Source of the DNA: an uncultured Saprospiraceae bacterium
Lineage (GTDB): Bacteria > Bacteroidota > Bacteroidia > Chitinophagales > Saprospiraceae
Reading direction: 5' to 3'
Assembly (NCBI GenBank): GCA_947311465.1
Contig: CAMZLN010000114.1
Span: forward strand, 1-41,474
DNA length: 41,474 bases
Positions 16,433 to 26,829 of the stretch are shown here, one piece after another; positions within the stretch are counted from its first letter, which is position 1; the number at the start of each line of letters is the position of its first letter. The translations under genes were made by a program, and so were the position numbers. The notes under the pieces were generated by a model that was not told where the DNA came from, did not search any database, and saw nothing but the letters and a program-made list of their open reading frames with translations.

Positions 16433-17185
16433 ATGGAGCCAATTTATTATTTTATCGCAATTTTTGGAGGATTAATCGCTGGGATTATCAATACTTTAGC
16501 TGGAAATGGATCTGTAATTACACTTACCATATTAACGGAAATCATGGGACTTCCCCCCAATGTTGCAAATGGCACCAACAGGATTGGAATTTGGACGCAG
16601 TGCGTTTCTGGATCATATTCTTTTTATAAAAATGGTAAACTTGATTTTCAAAGAGCCAAAATATTTATAATTCCAGCTGTTTTAGGTGCCATAGTAGGCG
16701 TTAGTCTTGCGGTAAATATTAGTAATGAACAATTCAAAGATGTTTTTAAATATTTAATGCTATTACTCTTAATTATTGTGATTTTGAATCCCAAAAAATG
16801 GATGCAGGAGAGTAAAATTGACCAACCTTTAAATATTTGGATCATCGCTCCCCTATTCTTTGCACTTGGTTTTTATGGTGGATTTATTCAAATGGGGATG
16901 GGTATTTTCTTCCTATTTGTTATGCTTTCTGTTGCTAAATATGATATCATAGAAAGCAATGCCGTCAAAGTTTTTGTCATTGCGATTTACATGGTAGTTG
17001 TGATTGCAATTTTTCAATGGAAGGGTTTGATTGATTGGAAAATCGGTGGAATTATGGCAATCGGTCAAACTGTTGGTGGCTATTATACAGCTAATTATGC
17101 GTCCAATTATCCCAATGCTAAAATTTGGGCGTATAGGTTTTTATTGGTGGCAATGGTGATTGCAGTAGTGAAGATGTTTTATTAA
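16433..17185 (+). CDS. TauE/SafE (TSUP) family anion-export membrane protein
   Basis: 250 aa and polytopic. The N-terminal GGLIAGIINTLAGNGSVITL and ANGTNRIG motifs are typical of TSUP permeases. Confidence 0.75.
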   Translation: MEPIYYFIAIFGGLIAGIINTLAGNGSVITLTILTEIMGLPPNVANGTNRIGIWTQCVSGSYSFYKNGKLDFQRAKIFIIPAVLGAIVGVSLAVNISNEQFKDVFKYLMLLLLIIVILNPKKWMQESKIDQPLNIWIIAPLFFALGFYGGFIQMGMGIFFLFVMLSVAKYDIIESNAVKVFVIAIYMVVVIAIFQWKGLIDWKIGGIMAIGQTVGGYYTANYASNYPNAKIWAYRFLLVAMVIAVVKMFY

Positions 17186-17232
17186 TCCTATAAACTCTCA
17201 ACTTTTTTATATTATTTCAATATCTTTACTCC

Positions 17233-20200
17233 ATGGGAAGCACAGACTATAATTTAAATTTTCATAAAGCACTAGAAGTACTCAACCCTGCCCAAAAAAA
17301 AGCTGTCAATCATATTGATGGGCCAGTCCTTGTAGTGGCTGGGCCAGGTACAGGAAAAACTCATATCCTTGCGTCAAGAATAGGTAAAATATTAACTGAT
17401 ACTGATACAAAATCGCACAATATCCTCTGTCTAACGTACACCGATGCTGGAGTTACGGCTATGAGACAAAGATTAATTGAGCTGATTGGTCCGACAGGGC
17501 ATAGGGTTCATATTTTCACATTCCATTCTTTTGCAAATAAAATAATACAAGATCATATAGAGCTTTTTGGGCTCAATAACATGCAACCCGTTTCTGATTT
17601 AGAACAAATTCAAATTGTTAATACTATTTTAGATCAACTTCCTGCAAACCACGCCTTGATCAAAGGAAAATACAACCGACACTATAGAACTCCCCATTTG
17701 ATAGATATTTTCAATAAAATGAAAACAGAAAATTGGTCCGTTGACGAAATTCATACTAAAGTAGATGAATATTTGGCAAGTTTGGCGACTAGAAAAGAAT
17801 TTATCTATCAAAGAAACTCAAAACTCAATACCAAAGGAAGTGTCAATCAGAAAAAAATTGCTGAGGAGACAAGGAAAATGAATCTATTAAAAGATGCCGC
17901 TGATTTGTTCGCTACTTATCAGAAAGCCCTCAGGAAACTAAATCGTTATGAGTTTGCAGATATGATTCTTTGGGTGCTAGATGCTTTTAAAGAATATCCT
18001 TTTTTATTAGAAGATTATCAAGAACAGTATCTTTATTTTCTTGTAGATGAATATCAGGATACCAATTCTGCTCAAAGTAATTTACTTCAAGTTTTGATTG
18101 ATTATTGGGACAATCCAAATGTATTTATTGTAGGGGATGATGATCAATCTATTTATGAATTTCAAGGGGCAAAGCTCAAAAATATTATCAACTTCTTAGA
18201 GAAATACGATGCATCCACAGAATTGGTTGTATTGACTGAAAACTATCGTTCTTCTCAAAATATTTTAGACACCGCTACTCTATCAATCCAAAATAATCAA
18301 TTGAGATTGGTCAATAAAATTGATAGCTTGAATAAATCTCTAACAGCTAGTAATGAAAAATTTGCAAATAGCATAATAAAGCCTGTTCTTAGAGCATACG
18401 AAAATGAATATGAAGAAGATATTCATATTGTTCTAGAAATAGAAAAATTGTACAATACTGGTGTACATCTAAGTGAAGTCGCGGTGATTTTTTCTAGGCA
18501 CAAACAAGTAAAAACGATTAAAAATTTACTGCAAAAGAAAGGGATTCCATTCCAAAGTAAAAAACCTGTCAATGTTTTAGAAGAAGTAATTGTCAAACAA
18601 TTGAGACTATTGATGACCTATTTGAATGGAGAATTTCAAAAGCCATATACCCATGATTATTTGGTTTACAAAATCATGCATTTCAGCTTTTTCAATCTTA
18701 ATCCTAGAGATATTGCTATGATTTCTTTGTTTATGAGATCTACTTCCTTAGAAAAACGTCCTAAATGGAGAAATATCATTTCAAATAAAAAAATACTCAC
18801 AGAAATAGGATTGCAAGATGTAGATAAAATCATTCAATTTTCAAAATCAATTGAAGAATTAATTCATGACATTATCAACTTTCACCTCCCCATTTTGATG
18901 GAAAGGATTATCAATCGAACGGGGTTAATTTCCGACATTTTAAAACGTAAAGATAAATCTTACCTTCTTAAAATCATTCACTCTTTTGTGGATTATATCA
19001 ATGTAGAATCTCTTAGGAAACCAAAAACAAATTTAAAAGATATACTCGCAATATTTGATACGATTGACAATGAATATAAATTATCCATTCCATTAAAGAA
19101 AAACTTTTCAGACCCCAATGGCGTCAATCTTGTCACTGCCCATAGTGCAAAAGGACTCGAATTTGAATATGTTTTCTTAAAAGGAATTATTGATACTTCT
19201 TGGGAGAAATCTTCTACGGGAAACTCAAGTTTCAAGCTTCCAGACACCATCACATATACGAGAGAAGAAAGCAAAGAAGAAGCAATGAGACGATTGTTTT
19301 TTGTAGGAATTACAAGAGCAAAAGAAAAACTCTTTATTTCTTATGCGAAATTGAATGACAAAGGAAAAAATCAGTCTAAAAGTCAATTTATTGATGAAGT
19401 GATAGATACTCTTGAGATCCAAGATGTCACATTGGATAAGAATATTGTCATTGACGAGACTGCAAATCTAATTTTAAGTTCAGAAATCATTTTATCTCCA
19501 TCTGTTTTTGATTCAGAAGTTGATGAGATTCTTCAAAATTTCAGACTTAATATATCAGCCCTTAATACATATCTCAGATGTCCTTTAAGTTTCTATTACA
19601 ATCATATTTTAAATATCCCTTCGGCAAGTAGTATTACGGCGCATTACGGTAATGCAATCCATCAAGCACTCAACCTATTCTTCAGGACAATGCTTAGAAA
19701 TAAAGACAGAGAATTTTCTACTGTAGATGTTCTAATTGAGTTCTTTGAAAATGAAATGAAACTCAAAGTTGCTTATTTTCCAAAAACGGAATTTAAATTC
19801 TATTTTGAAACAGGTCAAAATATCTTACGTGATTATTACAAAGAATTTCTAAACGAATTTCCAAAGAATGTAGAACTAGAATATCATTTGGATAAAACTA
19901 CCTTCAAAAATATTCCTATCATTGGAAATCTCGATAGAGTTGACTATCTCGATGATATTTTTGTATCAATTATTGATTATAAAACTGGAAATATTCTAAA
20001 GAAAAACATAAAACCACCTAGCGAAAAAGATGAATTTGGTGGTAAATATTGGAGACAACTTGTCTTTTATAAAATCTTGTTTGAGAATGCCACCAAAACA
20101 AGGCATAAAGTCAAAACGGGAAAAATTGCATATCTAAGTCATGATAACCAAGACAAGTTTCAAACACATGAAATCAATATTACAAAAGAAGATGAGGCGT

Positions 20201-20358
20201 TTGTTGGCAATCTTATAGTAAGTACATGGGAAAAAATTCAAAATCATGAATTTCATAAAGGCTGTGGTGAACCAAAATGTCATTGGTGTCAATTCGTTGA
20301 AAATGACCTAGTTCCCCTTAGTTTTACTGACCTTGAATCCGAAAGTCTTGATGATTGA
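17233..20358 (+). CDS. UvrD/PcrA-type SF1 helicase fused to a C-terminal PD-(D/E)XK nuclease with a four-Cys cluster (AddA/Cas4-like)
   Basis: 1041 aa. Walker A AGPGTGKTH, motif II VDEYQDTN, ENYRSSQNIL, TAHSAKGLEFEYVF, VGITRAKEKL. Nuclease LDRVD...IIDYKTG and QLVFYKIL. Cys783 (19579-19581) plus C1011-x4-C1016-x2-C1019 (20263-20289). Confidence 0.85.
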   Translation: MGSTDYNLNFHKALEVLNPAQKKAVNHIDGPVLVVAGPGTGKTHILASRIGKILTDTDTKSHNILCLTYTDAGVTAMRQRLIELIGPTGHRVHIFTFHSFANKIIQDHIELFGLNNMQPVSDLEQIQIVNTILDQLPANHALIKGKYNRHYRTPHLIDIFNKMKTENWSVDEIHTKVDEYLASLATRKEFIYQRNSKLNTKGSVNQKKIAEETRKMNLLKDAADLFATYQKALRKLNRYEFADMILWVLDAFKEYPFLLEDYQEQYLYFLVDEYQDTNSAQSNLLQVLIDYWDNPNVFIVGDDDQSIYEFQGAKLKNIINFLEKYDASTELVVLTENYRSSQNILDTATLSIQNNQLRLVNKIDSLNKSLTASNEKFANSIIKPVLRAYENEYEEDIHIVLEIEKLYNTGVHLSEVAVIFSRHKQVKTIKNLLQKKGIPFQSKKPVNVLEEVIVKQLRLLMTYLNGEFQKPYTHDYLVYKIMHFSFFNLNPRDIAMISLFMRSTSLEKRPKWRNIISNKKILTEIGLQDVDKIIQFSKSIEELIHDIINFHLPILMERIINRTGLISDILKRKDKSYLLKIIHSFVDYINVESLRKPKTNLKDILAIFDTIDNEYKLSIPLKKNFSDPNGVNLVTAHSAKGLEFEYVFLKGIIDTSWEKSSTGNSSFKLPDTITYTREESKEEAMRRLFFVGITRAKEKLFISYAKLNDKGKNQSKSQFIDEVIDTLEIQDVTLDKNIVIDETANLILSSEIILSPSVFDSEVDEILQNFRLNISALNTYLRCPLSFYYNHILNIPSASSITAHYGNAIHQALNLFFRTMLRNKDREFSTVDVLIEFFENEMKLKVAYFPKTEFKFYFETGQNILRDYYKEFLNEFPKNVELEYHLDKTTFKNIPIIGNLDRVDYLDDIFVSIIDYKTGNILKKNIKPPSEKDEFGGKYWRQLVFYKILFENATKTRHKVKTGKIAYLSHDNQDKFQTHEINITKEDEAFVGNLIVSTWEKIQNHEFHKGCGEPKCHWCQFVENDLVPLSFTDLESESLDD

Positions 20359-20425
20359 GACAAGTATATTTTTTTCAAATCCTATTATTATTATTATTAT
20401 TAGGAAAACACTAATTAATTAATTA

Positions 20426-21232
20426 TTAAGACTTAAATAGTCTGCCCAATTTAGAGTTTGCAGATTTTTTCTTTTCTTCCAACACCTTACCCATATTTAT
20501 TTTTTTCTGGTAAGAGACTAATTTATCCCATGCACCTGCTTCAGCATATCTTGCCTGAATTGGCCAAGAATCTGGTTTATGCATTTTAAATCTAGGTCCT
20601 GCCGTATTCAAAATCTGATTTAATCGAGTTACTGTTGTTTCGGACAATTTTTCCCATGTATCAATTTTTGCTGCTTTAAGAATACGTTCTATTTTCGGAC
20701 CGATTCCTTCAATTATTTTCAAATCATCTTTTAGGAAAGGGACATCTGAAATATCACGTTCTCCAATAATAATATCAATATCTTCAGAAGAATCGTCATC
20801 AGGAAGCGCTTCTGATATTATTTCAGGAGCATTATCGCCCTGCATTCTGATCGCCTTTTGTATAGAACCAACTACTTCTACTTCTTCAATCTTTTTAGTA
20901 GAAAAAGTCTTCATTTCTAATGCCAATTTTTCATTTTTTGCAACACATGCATTTAGTTTAGCTACCAAAATTTCATGATTTTCAGTAATACTATGCAATT
21001 TTGCATCTTTGTCGTCTAATGAATTTGTAATTGTTGCATTGATTGATTCTAATCCATTATTTTTTTCTGATATATCTATGAATTTTTGATCCAATTCATT
21101 GTATTTTTGAAGGAGTTTCTTTTTACCATCCCCCCCAAAATACCATCCAAGCGCCCATGCCCCCAACAAAATTGGCAAGAGCCACCAAGTACATACGGGA
21201 CAAATCCAAGCAAGTAATATTATTTTTATCAT
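20426..21232 (-). CDS. N-terminally membrane-anchored coiled-coil protein with a C-terminal helix-hairpin-helix-like module
   Basis: 268 aa. TM segment LLPILLGAWALGWYF, a coiled-coil middle, and the C-terminal DDLKIIEGIGPKIERILKAAKIDTWEKL motif. Confidence 0.6.
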   Translation of the reverse strand: MIKIILLAWICPVCTWWLLPILLGAWALGWYFGGDGKKKLLQKYNELDQKFIDISEKNNGLESINATITNSLDDKDAKLHSITENHEILVAKLNACVAKNEKLALEMKTFSTKKIEEVEVVGSIQKAIRMQGDNAPEIISEALPDDDSSEDIDIIIGERDISDVPFLKDDLKIIEGIGPKIERILKAAKIDTWEKLSETTVTRLNQILNTAGPRFKMHKPDSWPIQARYAEAGAWDKLVSYQKKINMGKVLEEKKKSANSKLGRLFKS

Positions 21233-21274
21233 AATGCGCTATTTTAAATAATCAAGGTATTCGTTTGTTTTATT

Positions 21275-22324
21275 TTATTCAATAACCAAAACTTCCACTC
21301 TTCTATTTTTCTGTCTATTTTTCTTTGATGTATTGGGAACTAAAGGATTTGCACTCCCCTTTGACTCAGTTGCTATTTGAGCTCTAGGAACACCTTTCTT
21401 ACGCAAAACATCTCTAATAATTTTTGCTCGTCGATGTGCAACTCGATTATTTGCAAATACAGTTCCTTTGTCATCAGTATGCCCCGTAAGCAAAACTTTC
21501 ATTTTTTTATTATTTTTCATTTTTTCAGCTAAGTCTGTCAAGTAAGCATTTACTTCTTTATAGTGATTAATTCTTGCAGAATTAAAGGGAAAATGCAAAA
21601 CTACCTTATTCTCTAATTTTTCAACCTTAGACTCCGATAATTTTTCTTTGGGAATTACTGTTTCTTTTTTCTTTTCTTGGATTTCTAAATTATCTTTTAA
21701 TTCTTTCTCTGTTATAGTAAGATTTGAATCTTTTTCTACAATTTCCGGGTAGATACTTCCCATTTGGTTTTCCAATCGACCTTGAACAGCCAAATCTGTT
21801 TCCGAGTTGATAGGTTTTTGAATTTTATCAATCCAATTGATTTGAAAACTTGGGTTAGGTAATATATTTAGATTATCTAAATTAGTTTTCTTTTCGGATA
21901 CTATCTCAATATCATTTTCATCAATTCCTTTTGACAAAAGTATTTGCTTCACTTCATCAGCTCTTGCTATACCCAAATTTTCATAAGTAGTACCATTTTC
22001 TTCTGAATCAAAATACTGACCTACGATTACAAGTGTTTTGTGTTCAACTACAGATTCAACATGTTCAAGAAATACATGAAAAAAATAACCCGTATCAGGA
22101 ACAGCACTATTCATTGAAAAGTCAATCACTTTAGGAACTAAATTAAACTCTTCTATTCCTTTTACTACAGGATTATTTTCTGCAATCTTACTCGTCTCAA
22201 CAATACAAGATGAACATACATGTCCAACTTTTGAACAAATAAACCAATTTGCAAACACAAAATATAAGCCTGTCGCAATGAGTATTATAAACTTATTCAT
22301 TAGTACGATATTGGATGTCATCAA
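21275..22324 (-). CDS. OmpA/MotB-family peptidoglycan-binding protein with an N-terminal membrane anchor
   Basis: 349 aa. The C-terminus LTGHTDDKGTVFANNRVAHRRAKIIRDVL...NRRVEVLVIE is an OmpA_C-like domain. N-terminal hydrophobic segment. Alternative start at 22300. Confidence 0.8.
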   Translation of the reverse strand: MMTSNIVLMNKFIILIATGLYFVFANWFICSKVGHVCSSCIVETSKIAENNPVVKGIEEFNLVPKVIDFSMNSAVPDTGYFFHVFLEHVESVVEHKTLVIVGQYFDSEENGTTYENLGIARADEVKQILLSKGIDENDIEIVSEKKTNLDNLNILPNPSFQINWIDKIQKPINSETDLAVQGRLENQMGSIYPEIVEKDSNLTITEKELKDNLEIQEKKKETVIPKEKLSESKVEKLENKVVLHFPFNSARINHYKEVNAYLTDLAEKMKNNKKMKVLLTGHTDDKGTVFANNRVAHRRAKIIRDVLRKKGVPRAQIATESKGSANPLVPNTSKKNRQKNRRVEVLVIE

Positions 22325-22390
22325 AATTGTAAATCAAAATAATAAACAAGGTAAATATAAAGACTTTTTTAGTTTATCTTGTATAATATC

Positions 22391-22425
22391 AAAAAAAATC
22401 GAGCAGTTATTTCTAACTGCTCGAT
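22391..22425 (-). terminator. Rho-independent terminator of rpoC
   Basis: Perfect 11-bp stem atcgagcagtt / aactgctcgat (22398-22408, 22415-22425), loop atttct. A U-run follows on the minus strand (22391-22397). It lies about 36 nt after the rpoC stop. Confidence 0.85.
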
Positions 22426-22461
22426 TCACATTATATTCTTAAACAAAGTCAGAATATTTCA

Positions 22462-25400
22462 TTATTCTGTAACTTCAGCTTCTGCTTCTGCTTCAGCCAT
22501 TTTAGCGGCTAATCTTGCTTGTTCTTTTTCATGATCTTCTTGTGTTGTAACGATTAAATTAGAAAATCTTTTCAAACCAGTACCAGCCGGAATCAATTTA
22601 CCACAAATAACATTTTCTTTCAATCCTGCCAACCGATCAACTTTAGCACCAATAACTGCAGTACTCAACACTTTGGTTGTTTCCTGGAAAGATGCAGCTG
22701 AGATCCAACTTACAGTACCCAAAGAAGACCTTGTGATACCTTGCAACATTGGAACTGATGTAGCGGGTAAAGCATCTCTGTATGAAACTACTTTCATATC
22801 ATTTCGCTTTAGATAAGAATTTTCTTCTCTCAACTCACGTAATGAAACAATTTGACCTGGTTTCAACTTTTCAGATTTCCCTGGATCCAATACAAACTTC
22901 TTATCAAAGATCCAATCATTGAACCTAAAGAACTCTAATCTTTCTACCGCTTCGCCTTCTAAGAATTTCGTATCTCCAGAATCTTTGATTTCAACTCGTC
23001 TCATCATTTGACGAACAATCACTTCAATGTGCTTGTTGTTGATACCAATTCCTTGTGAACGATATACTTCTTGAACACCATTTACTAAGTAAGATTGTAC
23101 AGCAAAAGGTCCTTCAATATTCAAAATATCTCTAGGAGTAATTGCTCCATCTGAAAGTGCTGTTCCTGCCTTCACAAAATCACCGTCTTGTACTAGTAAG
23201 TGCTTAGATAATTTCACTAAATACTTTCTAATTTGCCCATCTTTTGCTTGAACAATCACTTCTTTCTTACCACGCTTAATCTTACCAAAACTAACAATTC
23301 CGTCAATTTCAGATATAACAGCTGGATTAGAAGGATTACGTGCTTCAAATAATTCAGTTACTCTCGGCAAACCACCGGTAATATCTTGAATATTTCCAGT
23401 TTGCCGTGGAATCTTCACAAGCAATTGACCTGCATTGACTGTTTCCCCATCATCGACGGCAACGTGTGCCCCTACTGGTAAATCGTACGTTTTCAATAGC
23501 TCTCCATCCTTATCTAAAATCAAAATCTTTGGAACTGATTTTGTTTTTCGCTTATTCTCAATAATAATTTTCTCTGCGTGACCTGTTTGATCATCTCTTT
23601 CAGATCTCATTGTAACGCCTTCAATCAAATCTTGAGTTTTAACAATCCCTTTTAATTCAGAAATAATAACCGCATTAAATGGATCCCACTCACAAATGAC
23701 ATCTCCTTTTTCTATCTTTTGACCATCCTTCACTTTCAAACTAGAACCGTACTGAATATGTTTAGTTGTTAAAACTTTTTTAGTATCTGGATGAATAATC
23801 CTAACTTCTCCAGATCTAGATAAAACAACATCATCTTTTGTATCCAAATTTGTAGTTATTTTTATTGAATCAAATTCAACAATACCATTAAATTTAGAAA
23901 CTAATTCATTTTCAGTCTTTGTCACAGACGCAATACCCCCAACGTGGAACGTTCTCAAAGTCAACTGTGTTCCTGGTTCCCCAATTGATTGTGCTGCAAT
24001 AACTCCTACTGCATCTCCCATTTCAGCAATTCTTCCAGTAGCCAAATTCTTTCCATAACATCTTCTACAAACTCCAACTTTTGACTCACAAGTCAACACA
24101 GATCTAATCGTAACACCTTCTATACCGTTTGCATCAATTTGATTTGCTTTATCAACAGTTATAAATTCTCCAGACTTTAAAATAACTTCATTAGTATCTA
24201 AATCATAAATATCTTCTAAAACATATCTACCTTCAATTCTATCAGCTAAGGACTCAATCACCTTATCATTTTCAACAAAAGCAGTCATTTCAATTCCTCT
24301 TAATGTGTCACAATCATCCATTGTAATTACTACATCTTGAGCAACATCTACCAATCTTCTCGTCAAATATCCCGCATCAGCAGTCTTCAATGCTGTATCG
24401 GCCAAACCTTTACGAGCACCGTGAGTAGAGATAAAGTATTCTTGAACTGATAATCCATCAACGAAATTTGACAAAATAGGATTTTCAATTACTGCTCCCC
24501 CTTTGTCTCCTGATTTTCTTGGCTTTGCCATCAACCCTCTTAATCCTGCCAACTGCTTAATTTGCTGTTTAGATCCACGGGCACCTGAATGAAGCATCAT
24601 GTACACGGAGTTAAAACCATCCTTGTGCGCTGCCAATTCATCCATCAATACAGTGGTGATTTTATTATCGGCAAAAGTCCATTTATCAATGATTTGATTA
24701 TATCGTTCATTGTTGGTAATCAATCCCATTTCATAATTATCCCACACTTCATCTACATCAGCCTGTGTTGAAGAAAGGATTTCTTCTTTATTTGAAGGTG
24801 AGATTAAATCTCCTAAATTAAAGGATAATCCTCCAACAAAAGACCAATAAAATCCCATCCCTTTAATCTTATCTAAGAATTCAGCAACTACCTTAAAGTT
24901 TGTCTTATCCAAAATCTCTGCAATCTCCGTCTTCAAGTTTTTCTTTGTCAATAAAACATTGATAAACTTAATTCCTTCGGGTGTAGCTTCGTTAAACATT
25001 ACTCGTCCAACTGTCGTATCTACCCTTTTCAATACTCCATCACCTTTTTCGTCCAATCTTACAGAAACTGCAGTATGGATATCTAAAGTTTTTTCATTAT
25101 AAGCAATAATCACCTCTTCTGGAGAATAAAAACGTCTACGCTGATACCCTTCTGGTAAAGTTCTTTCCTTTGTTAAATAATAAAGTCCAAGTACCATATC
25201 CTGTGAAGGAAGCGTAATTGGAGAACCATTTTGTGGATTCAACATATTATGTGCAGATAACATCAACACTTGTGCTTCTAAAATTGCAGCTGATCCCAAC
25301 GGAACGTGTACTGCCATTTGATCCCCATCAAAATCGGCATTAAAGGCACCACATACAAGTGGGTGCAATCTAATCGCTTTTCCCTCAATCAATGTTGGCT

Positions 25401-26757
25401 GAAAAGCCTGAATTGATAACCTGTGCAATGTAGGAGCTCGATTTAATAATACGGGGTGGCCACGCATAATAAATTCTAAAATCTCCCAAATAACTGGATC
25501 TTTCTTATCTACTAATTTCTTTGCAGATTTCACCGTTTTCACAACCCCTCTTTCTATCAATTTTCTGATAATAAAAGGCTTGAATAATTCTGATGCCATT
25601 CCTTTTGGAAGTCCACATTCATGCAACTTCAAATTTGGACCTACCACAATTACAGATCTACCTGAGTAATCCACACGTTTTCCTAATAAATTCTGACGGA
25701 AACGTCCACTCTTTCCTTTCAACACATCACTCAATGATTTCAATGACCGTCCCCCTTCTGCTTTCACAGCGTTTGACTTTCTTGAATTATCAAATAGTGA
25801 ATCTACTGCTTCTTGAAGCATTCTTTTCTCGTTTCTCAAGATTACTTCTGGAGCTTTTATCTCCAACAATCTCTTCAAACGATTATTTCTAATAATAACT
25901 CTTCTATATAAATCATTCAAATCAGAACTTGCAAATCGCCCCCCATCTAAAGGCACCAATGGTCTTAATTCTGGCGGAATAACAGGTAAATATTGAATAA
26001 TAGTCCATTCGGGTCTATTATCAATTCTTGTTTGTCCATCTCTGAAAGCTTCAACTACTCTCAGACGTTTCAATGCTTCCGCTTTTCTCTGTTGAGAAGT
26101 CTCATTAGCTGCTTGATGTCTAAGTGCATAAGATAATTCTGGAAGATTCAAAGCGGTCAATAAATCTCTAACTGCTTCACCCCCCATTTTGGCGATAAAT
26201 TTAGTTGGATCTTCATCATCCAATTGTTGATTACCTTCTGGCAATCCTTCCAAAATTTCTAAGTATTCTTCTTCTGTAAATAGATCCATTTTCTGAATCC
26301 CATCATCTTCTTTTAATCCAGCTTGAATTACAACATATCTTTCATAATAGATAATCGTTTCCAATTTCTTTGAAGATAATCCTAAAAGATATCCAATTTT
26401 ATTAGGTAATGATTTAAAGAACCAAATGTGAACAACAGGCACTACCAATTTAATGTGTCCCATTCTTTCACGACGTACTTTCTTTTCTGTAACTTCTACA
26501 CCACATCTATCACATACAATCCCTTTATATCGAATACGCTTATATTTTCCACAATAGCATTCATAATCCTTTACTGGACCAAATATTCTTTCGCAAAACA
26601 AACCATCTCTTTCTGGCTTATATGAACGATAGTTTATCGTTTCTGGTTTTAAAACTTCCCCGAAAGAACGTTCCAAAATATCATCAGGAGACGATAGACT
26701 TATTGTAATAGTATCAAATGAAGCTTGATTTCTTACTTGTTTTTTATTTGAGTACAT
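22462..26757 (-). CDS. rpoC: DNA-directed RNA polymerase subunit beta prime
   Basis: 1431 aa. Catalytic [13 protein letters not shown]-terminal Zn-finger [20 protein letters not shown], and position after rpoB. Confidence 0.98.
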   Translation of the reverse strand: MYSNKKQVRNQASFDTITISLSSPDDILERSFGEVLKPETINYRSYKPERDGLFCERIFGPVKDYECYCGKYKRIRYKGIVCDRCGVEVTEKKVRRERMGHIKLVVPVVHIWFFKSLPNKIGYLLGLSSKKLETIIYYERYVVIQAGLKEDDGIQKMDLFTEEEYLEILEGLPEGNQQLDDEDPTKFIAKMGGEAVRDLLTALNLPELSYALRHQAANETSQQRKAEALKRLRVVEAFRDGQTRIDNRPEWTIIQYLPVIPPELRPLVPLDGGRFASSDLNDLYRRVIIRNNRLKRLLEIKAPEVILRNEKRMLQEAVDSLFDNSRKSNAVKAEGGRSLKSLSDVLKGKSGRFRQNLLGKRVDYSGRSVIVVGPNLKLHECGLPKGMASELFKPFIIRKLIERGVVKTVKSAKKLVDKKDPVIWEILEFIMRGHPVLLNRAPTLHRLSIQAFQPTLIEGKAIRLHPLVCGAFNADFDGDQMAVHVPLGSAAILEAQVLMLSAHNMLNPQNGSPITLPSQDMVLGLYYLTKERTLPEGYQRRRFYSPEEVIIAYNEKTLDIHTAVSVRLDEKGDGVLKRVDTTVGRVMFNEATPEGIKFINVLLTKKNLKTEIAEILDKTNFKVVAEFLDKIKGMGFYWSFVGGLSFNLGDLISPSNKEEILSSTQADVDEVWDNYEMGLITNNERYNQIIDKWTFADNKITTVLMDELAAHKDGFNSVYMMLHSGARGSKQQIKQLAGLRGLMAKPRKSGDKGGAVIENPILSNFVDGLSVQEYFISTHGARKGLADTALKTADAGYLTRRLVDVAQDVVITMDDCDTLRGIEMTAFVENDKVIESLADRIEGRYVLEDIYDLDTNEVILKSGEFITVDKANQIDANGIEGVTIRSVLTCESKVGVCRRCYGKNLATGRIAEMGDAVGVIAAQSIGEPGTQLTLRTFHVGGIASVTKTENELVSKFNGIVEFDSIKITTNLDTKDDVVLSRSGEVRIIHPDTKKVLTTKHIQYGSSLKVKDGQKIEKGDVICEWDPFNAVIISELKGIVKTQDLIEGVTMRSERDDQTGHAEKIIIENKRKTKSVPKILILDKDGELLKTYDLPVGAHVAVDDGETVNAGQLLVKIPRQTGNIQDITGGLPRVTELFEARNPSNPAVISEIDGIVSFGKIKRGKKEVIVQAKDGQIRKYLVKLSKHLLVQDGDFVKAGTALSDGAITPRDILNIEGPFAVQSYLVNGVQEVYRSQGIGINNKHIEVIVRQMMRRVEIKDSGDTKFLEGEAVERLEFFRFNDWIFDKKFVLDPGKSEKLKPGQIVSLRELREENSYLKRNDMKVVSYRDALPATSVPMLQGITRSSLGTVSWISAASFQETTKVLSTAVIGAKVDRLAGLKENVICGKLIPAGTGLKRFSNLIVTTQEDHEKEQARLAAKMAEAEAEAEVTE

Positions 26758-26829
26758 ATATTCTTAATATTTAAAAGTCAAATCAATTTCTACCGAAGTA
26801 GAATATTCTAGGTGATGAAATAATGACTA

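Noticed and set aside
20383-20424. Microsatellite (TAT/ATT) x about 6.5 at 20383-20402 followed by (TAAT) x 3
   Set aside because: It lies between the stops of two convergent genes, so a length change would not alter any reading frame or obvious promoter. Such tracts are expected in DNA this AT-rich.
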